DNA of 64,000 nucleotides, taken from positions 102,114,001-102,178,000 of the forward strand of contig OZ024746.1 of NCBI GenBank assembly GCA_964016885.1, given 5' to 3'. Below the pieces are notes generated by a model. It did not search any database and was not told the origin of the DNA. It was given only the letters and a program-made list of their open reading frames with translations. Both the position numbers and the translations under genes were made by a program. Below, one piece after another: positions 23,601 through 35,500 of the stretch. The DNA comes from Eledone cirrhosa. Its lineage: Eukaryota. The stretch's first letter is position 1, and the number at the start of each line of letters is the position of its first letter.

Positions 23601-25797
23601 TATCATAAATATGTAAAAATGGCTTATTTTATCTTAAATTGATATAGTTTTCATAGAATATCAGTCACTAAATTCTATTGGGAAGCTGATTTGTCAATTT
23701 GGTATCGGAAATTTTGAATTGCAATTTTTCTTTTTGTTGCAAATCAAATCAAGATAAAGAATGATTGCTTATATGAAGCAAGTGTATTATATTGTCATTT
23801 GTTTTAATGTTAGATATATATTAGTCTAGTCAGCATCTGATGCAGTATCAACTGTGAGATACAAAAGTTTATAGTAAATGAATTAGCAGCCATCTTAGGC
23901 TGTTGGTCACAAGTTGGTGCATAGTTAGGCTAATAAATCAGTTTTGTAGGATCAGATATCTATATTTCCTCCCTACCAAATATTTTGTAGGAACAGATAT
24001 AAATCTATATTTCCTCCCTACCAAGTAGTGTTAACGAGACTTGACAGACAAACATGAAAATATTTATAACTGAAATTATTAAGCACTTACTTTGTCCCAG
24101 CTGTCTGATTTTGAAAATGTTGTAAATCAACTGACAACTACAAATATATGTATAGTTGTAGTAGGAGTAGGACAATAAGGAAATTATAGTAGGAACTAAA
24201 TCAATAAATATCATAAAATATCAATCAAATCAAATATATAATTGAAAGAAATTAATAAAAAGGTATTGTGTGCATCCTGTTATGTCCAACATTATATGTT
24301 GTAGATACATGAAGGCAGAGGGAGAAAAGAAAATAATTAAAAAATGAAAATATATCATGGTAGCTAGACCTACACATGAATTTTAGATGAATCTAGTTAA
24401 AAGTGGACAAAAAGTAATTTACTATGGAACTCCCTTACAATCAGAAATAATTCAACATGACCTAAAGAGCATCAGATTTAGTTGGGATAAAAATTAAAAA
24501 TAAATGAAAGGACACAATATATTCAGTAATTGTGTTTTCTGTTTTTGAAACTAAGAGTCCATAGACCAGGCCCACGTCTGGCACAGGTACTGCTGAAGTT
24601 TCCACATCTAACGATAAATTACTTAATCCATACTAACATTAGGATCATGTTAGAAACTATTAGTGTAATGTTATTTAGAACAGATTTTCAAAAGAGAGAG
24701 AACAAGTAGGGCTGGAAAAAAAAAACTTTTTTTTTTTCAGTAATACTTTCTTCAGGTGCCTGAAAAGTTAATTATTTCAAGAGGCAGTACTTAATAACTA
24801 TTGACTGCCCTTGCAGCGGAAGCTCGCAGTGATAGCCAAGTCTCATTATCACCACTCGATCATGGCTGCTGTTGTCGTAGTCGTAGTACTAATTGTAGTA
24901 GCACAGCCCATCTTGCATATCGTAGCCACTGGCACAGACACCATTCATTTGTAAACGAGTCTCTGCCAGCACAAAGGGGGGGAAAAAGTTTTTAAAAAAA
25001 AAATGAGGGGGCGGGTGGAAAAAAAAAGGAAAAAATTTGTCATTGTACAAAAAACAAATATGAAATGTACAAAAATAATACATTTCTCTGTATAAAATGC
25101 CGTCAAAAATAAATCAACTTCAGCCGTACTTACACAGGCTTAATTCCCTGCACAGCATGGTTCCTGTCACAACAGCATACAGATGTTTAAATAACAAGAT
25201 GAAGTGGGACATTACAATGAAACAGTGAAAACAATGAGCTAATGTTCATCAAGCAAACCATTTTTTTTTTTCATTTGGAAGGGTAAAGTATGCAACATGG
25301 GACAGAAAAGGAAGAGTGAACTTTAGCTGAGTGTTTTCACTCCAGGAATGGAACATGTTTTCTAGCTTTCTAATGAATCAGTCAGATAGTCCAATGATGG
25401 AAAACTCCAAATAGCAACATATTGAGTTACCAACGATTCCAATGTATATGATAGAGTATATCTTCACAAGTGCTTATGGCAACTGGATATTCAGGCATGC
25501 ACAAAAAGCATGCTAAAGCACTAATTGGCTAAGTTAATCCAGTCCAACATTTCGACACTAAATATCAAAACATTTCTCCAAATATATCTAAACAAAATAA
25601 TTTCTTTTTTTTTTTTTTTCTGATTAGTTTTTGATCTGAAGGATATACTTTTTATGTAAATGAATGAGTTTTGGAACAAATGGACTAGAAACAGCAGTTT
25701 GGTAAAACATGAAATTAAAAACAAGTGATGAATACATGTATGATGTGAGGAAATGAAGATCTACAAGAATAAATAAATCAAAACAAACAGTAATGAA

Positions 25798-25925
25798 ATG
25801 ATAGTACAACTGTCAGTCTTAATAAAATAACATCTAAGACATGATAGTACAACTGTCAGTCTTGATAAAATAACATCTAAGACATGATAGTACAACTGTC
25901 AGTCTTGATAAAATAACATCTAAGA
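25798..25925. repeat. 43-bp tandem repeat x3
   Basis: atgatagtacaactgtcagtctt(a/g)ataaaataacatctaagac starts at 25798, 25841 and 25884. Confidence 0.92.
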
Positions 25926-26082
25926 ATTGAATAACTAGGACCAAAAGTTATCTATCACGATAAACCATCTTAGCAATTTGACTTTGCATCTATGAAGACC
26001 TTTCATTTAATATATCATAGAAAAGTCAGCAGAATGGAACCAATTCCTTATATTTAGAGAGAATTGAGCTGAACATGGTCAG

Positions 26083-26142
26083 TTCTATAGATTTGATTAT
26101 AGTTCATGTCTATATACATGAACTATAATCAAATCTAGAGAA
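26083..26142. repeat. 27-bp inverted repeat with 6-nt loop
   Basis: ttctatagatttgattatagttcatgt-ctatat-acatgaactataatcaaatctagagaa; 26/27 positions pair. Confidence 0.9.
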
Positions 26143-26204
26143 ACAACTATATACTGATGGAGAGAGAGGAATTCTCTAGATATCAACATCATTTATCATT
26201 TTAC

Positions 26205-26462
26205 ATCGTGTAGGTGTCACGACAAAAAAACACACAGTCCACGCTGTAATGTGGCCGTGTAGGCAACACGGTAAAAACCTCCCAGACCCACACTGTAAAT
26301 GTGGTTGGTGTTAGGAAGGGCATCCAACTGTAGAAAACCTGCCAGACAGTCCTATGCGAGCAAGACAATCACTCTTGCCTCAAGTGGGACTACCCCCGTC
26401 CAAACCCATGCAAGCGTGGAACACGGACGTTAAACGTTGATGATGATGATGATGATGATGAT
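26205..26462 (+). mobile_element. RTE-type 3' UTR/tail fragment with (GAT)n
   Basis: gttggtgttaggaagggcatccaactgtagaaa...aacccatgcaagcgtggaacacggacgttaaacg(tga)n is the reverse-complement homolog of 14061-14300. Confidence 0.75.
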
Positions 26463-27087
26463 CTACTTTTCCATGCTTGCATGGGTTAGACCTACGTGTG
26501 ATAGAAAACTAAAGAATTTTGTATTGAACAATTTTCAAAACTAAATGAAACCAATGAGATAAGCTGTAAAATTATTTCTTATAAAGAAGTAAGAAATATA
26601 GAAGCTATTTATATTGGTAAAAACAATTATTTATTTAATATGTCATAATCTTAATTACTAAGTTCTACTGCATCTATTAAGATTAAAAAAGAAAATCATT
26701 TAATCAGAGATTTTATCAAGAAAAACAAAAGCAATTGCAAATACCAAAGATTTCCTAAAAAGTTAGCAATGTTATATTTTAATGATGATTGCTAATTCTT
26801 AAAGGTGTACCAACATTCACACACACACACATTATCTCTCATACACACATTTAAATAAATGATAGTAATTATTAAAGAATAATAAAACTAAAAAGAGAAA
26901 AGTTTTGTTCAGTCAGTTAATGGATGAGAAACAAAATATAAAAGTAAAACAATAGAAAATTAAACCAAAAAAATTAAAATAGTTTAAATAACTAATCTTT
27001 TGTTTTCATGTTTTACCAATAATGAAGATACCGTGGACATTTCTAGTGTGACAGGAACCAGAGTTAAAACAGGCTTGAGTTGGAAAG

Positions 27088-27373
27088 CTAAGCCTTTGCC
27101 ATGACTATTGTCTCTGAGGGGGGCCCATTATTGGTTTGTTCCTTTTTGGTTGAGACAGAAGTGGTTTCATTGGAGTCATGGTTGCTGTTGCTGTTGTTGT
27201 TATTATTATTGGTGTTATTGTTATTGTTGTTGTTTACACTAGCAGCTTTTCTGTCTTTGTTGCTTATTGTACTATTTGAATTTAGCTTCTCATCAGCATT
27301 AGCGTATTTACCAGTTTTATCACCTTCAGAGTTGGATAAAAATTGAGACATTTTTACAACAGAAGAACCAGTC
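27088..27373 (-). CDS. Terminal coding exon of an unidentified minus-strand gene (Ser/Asn-rich tail)
   Basis: Acceptor ttttcttttatcccag|G. The phase matches the GA|gtaagt donor at 28543. Reads (E)TGSSVVKMSQFLSNSEGDK...NNNN...SETIVMAKA* (TAG at 27088-27090). Confidence 0.72.
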
Positions 27374-27954
27374 CTGGGATAAAAGAAAATATAAATTAGA
27401 AAAAAAACAGAAAAAAATACAATATATAATAGTGGTGCCCCACCATGGCCTCTACCTGACAGCTGAAACATGTAATAGAGTAACATGGTTTATAATAGTA
27501 TTTTGTATGTTCCATTCTTATAAGGCTGGATGTCTTTCTTAACATAAACCAACTTACAGAGGCCCTAGGTGATTTTATTGTGGCAGCAGAATTAGTTGGC
27601 TATGTACATCAAGACTACAAACTATGCTCTATTCTACGTTGTTTCTATGCATTTAAGGCATGGGACGAAAAGGGTGAATAGAAGAGGAAGCAATGACATG
27701 AGTGGGGGAAGTGAACTTGACTATGATGGGAGAAACAAAGTGATTGGGGGAGAGGCTGGAGAGGAGGAATAACAGAAGAGAGTGTTGGAAGAGGGTGTTA
27801 TAAACAATGGAAGTAGGAGAATAATGGGAGAGTGAAGGTAATGAGAAAAAGTAATGACAAAGGCAGTGATGGCAGCTACATGCTGGATGGTGAAAAAGAA
27901 ACCATTTGTTAAAATAGTGTATCAATAACAAAGTAGCTTGGAGTAGAAGAAGAA

Positions 27955-28080
27955 GGATGGTAGGGTATATTAGGTAGAAACACCTGATGGTAGGGTAGAT
28001 CAGGTAGAAACAATGACGGTAGGGTAGATTAGGTAGAAAGACCTGATGGTATGGTATATTAAGTAGAAAGAGCTGATGGA
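27955..28080. repeat. ~30-bp degenerate tandem repeat (~4 copies)
   Basis: gatggtagggta(g/t)attaggtagaaa(c/g)acct-like units. Confidence 0.75.
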
Positions 28081-28542
28081 ATCACTCTTACAAAGAGTCG
28101 TGGTAAGAGAGAGAAATAAAGTAATAAAATTGGTGGTTATGAAAGTACGTATATGTGTATATATATGTATATATATTTAGACATTGGAATGTCTCCACAA
28201 GAAAGTAAAGTGTCAAATGTTTTCCAAAGCTATATCAAAACCCAATCACTGCAAAAAAAAGAAATGTAAAGCCTACACCTCTGCAACTTTAGTTGGCCTC
28301 TTATGAAGTTACATCTCATGGAAGATTTTTCTGGTGATTTGATGATAAAGACTGCAGTACTATTATGAAAAACAATGTAAAATGAAGTGTTTCTTCACTT
28401 AACACAATGTACTAGCTAGTCCAGGAATTGAACCCATGACCTTATGACTGTGATCCTAAAATCATGCTCCACTATGATTTTGTCAACTATTAACAATAAA
28501 AACATTTCCATAAACTTAAGATAATGAAACTGTCAGACTTAC

Positions 28543-28700
28543 TCTCCTGAAATTTCAACAGTGCAGCCTCTTCCTCGGACAATGGCAACTGCATTAGAAC
28601 CTCGAGTATTTCGAGGTTTACTTCCCGGCCTTGGACGAGCTCTTAGTGGACGTCTAGTGGGAGGCCGGAACCCTCGACCTCTTGAGAAACGAGCCTCATT
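28543..28700 (-). CDS. Internal coding exon of the unidentified minus-strand gene (Arg/Gly/Pro-rich)
   Basis: Acceptor tttttcctctgtctcag|AAT, donor GA|gtaagt. Encodes NEARFSRGRGFRPPTRRPLRARPRPGSKPRNTRGSNAVAIVRGRGCTVEISG; a GC-rich island in AT-rich flanks. Confidence 0.82.
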
Positions 28701-28974
28701 CTGAGACAGAGGAAAAAAAAAAGATGAAAGGATGAAAATCAAGTAATAAATTGTATGATTTAAATACAACTTAGCTGTAAGTTACTTACAGAAACTAGTG
28801 TTTTATCAGAAGACCACCACAATACAAATGCAACACTAAATATTAAAACACACTATTTTATCCACTACCCAGTGTAATACTGGATGAGTATTTTAAACTT
28901 GGCAGAGCCCATACCTCTCCAAGCCTGAGTACAGCAGATTTCTTCCAGAGAAGTAAGAAAGAGATATAGAGGAA

Positions 28975-29105
28975 GAATCGACCCTAGTATTAGACTGGTA
29001 TATTTTTTACTGACCTCGGTGGAATTTGGACTCAGAGAGTAAATAGCTGGAACAAATACTACAAAGCATCTGACGTTCTAACAACTCTACCAATTTACCA
29101 CCTTA
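28975..29105 (-). mobile_element. Degenerate SINE fragment (same family as 19470-19635)
   Basis: atcgaccc..actggta..gacctcggtggaatttggactcag..ctaccaatttaccacc parallels the 19470-19635 copy. Confidence 0.6.
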
Positions 29106-29424
29106 AACAATTATAACGGAGTACAAATTTATCTGAAAAGATGGTCATAAATTTACACTGTAAGATGGATAATGAGCTAGTTGGACATAATACAGAGTCC
29201 ACAGTGTCTAGAATTGTTCATCACTGTTTTACATCAAATTTCAATGTTGGTATGTGGGTACTAGGTGTTTTGTCATCGTGGCACCAGCCCTACCACTCTA
29301 TATAGTAGGTTGGATACATTATATTGGGGGAGGAAGACCTAAAAGTTGTTCTATGTCATAGATCAGTTGAAACAAAAGAGACTAGAAATAAGAATGGAGT
29401 AGAAGAGAACACATTGTTACTTAC

Positions 29425-29512
29425 TGATTGCCTTAATCCTCTGCCCATACCATAAAGAGCTGTTGAAGCTTTCCCTCGAATTGCTCTGTTTGATGCAACA
29501 TTGCGAGATACT
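29425..29512 (-). CDS. Internal coding exon of the unidentified minus-strand gene
   Basis: Acceptor attttgtctatag|A, donor TCA|gtaagt. Encodes VSRNVASNRAIRGKASTALYGMGRGLRQS; phase 0 joins 28700. Confidence 0.78.
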
Positions 29513-29564
29513 CTATAGACAAAATGTTCACATTAAATTATTTCAAAAATTATACACACAAGCA

Positions 29565-32500
29565 GGATCTGTGGAATATATAATAGGGCGTTCTCTCTAA
29601 TATATAATAGGGGGACCTGGATATATATACTAGGGGGACCAGTGGAATATATACTAGAGGGTCCACTGGAATATATACTAGAGGGACTTGTGGAATATAT
29701 ATTAGAGGGACCACTGGAATATATACTAGAGGGACCTGTGTAATATATACTAGAGGGACCACTCGAATATATAAAAGAGGGACCTGTGGAATATATACTA
29801 GAGGGAGCTGTGAAATATATACTAGAGGGACCACTGGAATATATACGAGAGAGACCCGTGTAATATATACTAGAGGGACCACTCGAATATATAAAAGAGG
29901 GACCTGTGGAATATATACTAGAGGGAGCTGTGAAATATATACTAGAGGGACCACTGGAATATATACGAGAGGGACCTGTGGAACATATACTATAGGCACC
30001 TGTGGAATATATATTAGAGGGACCACTGGAATATATACTAGAGGGACCACTGGAATATATACTAGAAGGAGCTGTGGAATATATACTAGAGGGACCACTG
30101 GAATATATACTAGAGGGATCACTGGAATTCATACAAGAGGGACCACTGGAATACATACTAGAGAGACCACTGGAATACATACTAGAGGGACCACTGGAAT
30201 ATATACTAGAGGGACCTGTGGACTATATACTAGAGGGACCTCTGGAATATATACTAGAGGGACCACTGGAATATATACTAGAGGGATCACTGGAATTCAT
30301 ACAAGAGGGACCACTGGAATACATACTAGAGAGACCACTGGAATACATACTAGAGGGACCACTGGAATATATACTAGAGGGACCTGTGGACTATATACCA
30401 GAGAGACTACTGGAATACATACTAGAGGGACCCCTGGAATATATACTAGAGGGACCTCTGGAATATATACTAGAGGGACCACTGGAATATATACTAGAAG
30501 GAGCTGTGGAATATATACTAGAGGGACCACTGGAATATATACTAGAGGGATCACTGGAATTCATACAAGAGGGACCACTGGAATACATACTAGAGAGACC
30601 ACTGGAATACATACTAGAGGGACCACTGGAATATATACTAGAGGGACCTGTGGACTATATACTAGAGAGACTACTGGAATACATACTAGAGGGACCTCTG
30701 GAATATATACTAGAGGGACCTCTGGAATATATACTAGAGGGACCACTGGAATATACACTAGAGGGAGCTGTGGAATATATACTAGAGAGACCACTGGAAT
30801 ATATACTAGAGGGAGCTGTGGAATCTATACTAGAGCGACCACTGGAATATATACTAAGGGACCTGTGGAATATATACTAGAGAGACCTGTGGAATATATA
30901 CTAGAGGGACTTGTGGAATATATACTAGAGGGACTTGTGGAATATATACTAGAGGGACTTGTGGAATATATACTAGAGGGACCACTGGAATATATACTAG
31001 AGGGACCACTCGAATATATATACTAGAGGGACCTGTGGAATATATACTAGAGGGACCACCGGAATATATACTAGAGGGAACACCGGAATATATACAAAAG
31101 GGACCACCGGAAAGTATAATAGAGGGACCACTGGAATGTATACTAGAGGGACCTCTGGAATATATAATGGAGGGACCTGTGGAATACATACTAGAGGGAC
31201 TAATGGAATATAAACTAGAAGTACCTGTGGAATATATACTAGAAGTACCTGTGGAATGTATACTAGAGGGACCTGTGGAATATATATACTAGAGGGACCT
31301 GTGGAATATATACTAGAGGGACAATTGGAATATATACTAGAGGGACCACTGGAAAATACACTAGAGGGACCTGTGGAATATATACTAGAGGGACCAATGA
31401 AATATATACTAGAGCGACCTGAGGAATATATACTAGAGAGACCTGCGGAATATATACTAGAGGGACCTGTGGAATATATACTAGAGGGACATGTGGAATA
31501 TATACTAGAGGGACCTGTGGAATATATACTAGAGGCACCTGTGGAATAAATACTAGAGGGACCTGTGGAATATATACTACAGGGACTACTGGAATATATA
31601 ATAGAGGGACCACTGGAATATATACTAGATGGACCTGTGGAATATATACTCGGGGGACCACTGGAATTTATACTAGAGGGACCATTGGAATATATACTAG
31701 AGGGAACTGCGAAATATATACTAGAGCAGGGACGACTGGAATATATACAAGAGAGACCTCTGGAATATATACTAGAGGAGGGAACACTGGAATATATACT
31801 AGAGGGACCACTGGAACATATACAAGAGGGACCTGTGGAATATATACTAGAGGAACTACTGGAATATATACTACAGGGACCTGTGGAATATATACTAGAG
31901 GGACTACTGGAATATATACTAGAGGGACTACTGGAATATATACTAGACAGACCACTGGAATATATACTAGACGGACCACTGGAATATATACTACACGGAC
32001 CACTGGAATATATACTAAAGAGACCACCGGAAAATATAATAGAGGGACCACTGAAATATATGCTAGAGGGACCTGTGGAATATATACTAGAGGGACCACA
32101 GGAATGTATATTAGAAGGATAGAGGGACCAGTGGAATATATACTAGAGGGACCTGTGGACTATATACCAGAGAGACCACTGCAATATAAACTAGAGGGAC
32201 CTGTGGAATATTTACTAGAGGGACCTGCGGAATATATACTAGAGGGACCACTGGAATATATACTAGAGGGACCACTGGAATATATACTAGAGGGATCTGT
32301 GGAATATATACTAGAGGGAACTGCGAAATATATACTAGAGCAGGGACGACTGGAATATATACAACGGGGACCTCTGGAATATATACTAGAGGAGGGAACA
32401 CTGGAATATATACTAGAGGGACTAGAGGGACCTGTGGAATATATACTAAAGGGACTACTGGAATATATACTAGAGGGACCTGTGGAATATATACTAGAGG

Positions 32501-35500
32501 GACCACTGGAATATATACTAGAGGGACCATCGGAATATATACTAAAGGGACCGCCGGAAAATATAATAGAGGGACCACTGAAATATATATTAGAGGGACC
32601 ACAGGAATGTATATTAGAGGGATAGAGGGACCAGTGGAATATATACTAGAGGGACCAGTGGAATATATACTAGAGGGACTACTGGCATATATACTAGAGG
32701 GACCTGTGGAATATATACTAGAGGGACCACTAGAATATACACTAGAGGGAGCTGTGGAATATACACTAGAGGGAGCTGTAGAATATACACTAGAGGGAGC
32801 TGTAGAATATAAACTAGAGGGACCGGTGGAATATATACTATAGGGACCAGTGGAATATATACTAGAGGGACCTGTGGAATATATACTAGAGGGACCACTG
32901 GAATATATACTAGAGGGACTAGAGGGACCTGTGGAATATATACTAAAGGGACTACTGGAATATATACTAGAGGGACCTGTGGAATATATACTAGAGGGAC
33001 CACTGGAATATATACTAGAGGGACCATCGGAATATATACTAAAGGGACCGCCGGAAAATATAATAGAGGGACCACTGAAATATATATTAGAGGGACCACA
33101 GGAATATATACTAGAGGGACCACAGTAATGTATATTAGAGGGATAGAGGGACCAGTGGAATATATACTAGAGGGACCAGTGGAATATATACTAGAGGGAC
33201 TACTGGCATATATACTAGAGGGACCTGTGGAATATATACTAGAGAGACCACTGCAATATAAACTAGAGGGAACTGTGGAATATTTACTAGAGGGACCTGC
33301 GGAATATATACTAGAGGGACCTGGGGAATATATACTAGAGGGACCACTGGAATATATACTAGAGGGACCACTGGAATATATGCAACGGGGACCTCTGGAA
33401 TATATACTAGAGGAGGGAACACTGGAATATATACTAGAGGGACCTGTGGAATATATACTAAAGGGACTACTGGAATATATACTAGAGGGACCTGTGGAAT
33501 ATATACTAGAGGGACCACTGGAATATATACTAGAGGGACCATCGGAATATATACTAAAGGGACCGCCGGAAAATATAATAGAGGGACCACTGAAACATAT
33601 ATTAGAGGGACCACAGGAATATATACTAGAGGGACCACAGGAATGTATATTAGAGGGATAGAGGGACCAGTGGAATATATACTAGAGGGACCAGTGGAAT
33701 ATATACTAGAGGGACTACTGGCATATATACTAGAGGGACCTGTGGAATATATACTAGAGGGACCACTAGAATATACACTAGACGGAGCTGTGGAATATAC
33801 ACTAGAGGGAGCTGTAGAATATAAACTAGAGGGACCGGTGGAATATATACTATAGGGACCAGTGGAATATATACTAGAGGGACCTGTGGAATATATACTA
33901 GAGGGACCACTGGAATATATACTAGAGGGACTAGAGGGACCCGTGGAATATATACTAAAGGGACTACTGGAATATATACAAGAGGGACCTGTGGAATATA
34001 TACTAGAGGGACCATCGGAATATATACTAAAGGGACCACTGGAAAATATAATAGAGGGACCACTGAAATATATATTAGAGGGACCACAGGAATATATACT
34101 AGAGGGACCACAGGAATGTATATTAGAGGGATAGAGGGACCAGTGGAATATATACTAGAGGGACCAGTGGAATATATACTAGAGGGACTACTGGCATATA
34201 TACTACAGGGACCTGTGGAATATATACTAGAGGGACCACTAGAATATACACTAGAGGGAGCTGTGGAATATACACTAGAGGGACCGGTGGAATATATATT
34301 AGAGGGATAGAGGGACCACTGGAATATATACTAGTAGGACCTATGGAATATGTGGAATACATACTAGAGGGACCACTGGAATATATACTAGAGGGATCAC
34401 TGGAATATATACTAGAGGGACCTGTGGAATATATACTAGAGGGACCACTGAAATATATACTAGAGATACCTGTGGAATATATACTAGAGGGACCACTGGA
34501 ATATATACTAGTGAGACCTGTGGAATACATACTAGAGGGACCACTGGAATATATACTAGAGGGACCACTGGAATATATACTAAAAAGGCTACTGGCATAT
34601 ATACTAGAGGGACCTGTGGAATATATACTAGAGGGAGCTGTGGAATATATACTAAGGGACCTGTGGAATATATACTAGAGGAACCACTGGATTATATACT
34701 AGAGTGACCTGTGGAATATATACTAGAGGGACCTGTGGAACATATACTCGACGAAGGAACCTCTGGAATATATACTCGAGGAGGGACCACTGGAATATAT
34801 ACTGAATAATAGAGGGGCCACTCGAATATATACTAGAGAGACCTGTGGAACATATACTAGAAGGACCTGTGGAATATATACTAGAGGGACCTCTGGAATA
34901 TATACTAGAGGGACCACTGGAATATATACTAGAGGGACCACTGGAATATATACTAGTGGGACCTATGGAATATATACTAGAGGGACCACTGGAATATATA
35001 CTAGAGGGACCACTGAAATATATACTAGAGGGACCTGTGGAATATATACTAGAAGGACCAATGGAATATATACTAGAGGGACCTGTGGAATATATACTAG
35101 AGGTACCACTGGAATACATACCAGAGGGACTACTGGAATATGTACTAGAGGGACCACTGGAATATATACTAGAGGGACCACTGGAATATATACTAGAGGA
35201 ACTACTGGAATATATACTAGAGGGACCACTGGAATATATACTAGAGGAACCACTGGAGCATATACTAGAGGGACGTGTGGAATATATACTAGAGTGAGCT
35301 GTAGAATATATACTAGAGGGACTACTGTAATATATACTAGAGGGACCTGTGGAATATATACTAGAGGGACCTGTGGAATATATACTAGAGGGACTACTGT
35401 AATATATTCTAGAGGGACTACTGTAATATATACTAGACGGACCAGTGGAATATATACTAGAGGGACCAGAGGAATATATACTAGAGGGACCTCTGGAATA

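Noticed and set aside
24795-24962. Alternative frame ...GLCYYN*YYDYDNSSHD... with a UAG that A-to-I editing could recode to Trp
   Set aside because: This frame needs a phase-1 donor that the identified upstream exons do not supply, and there is no homology support.
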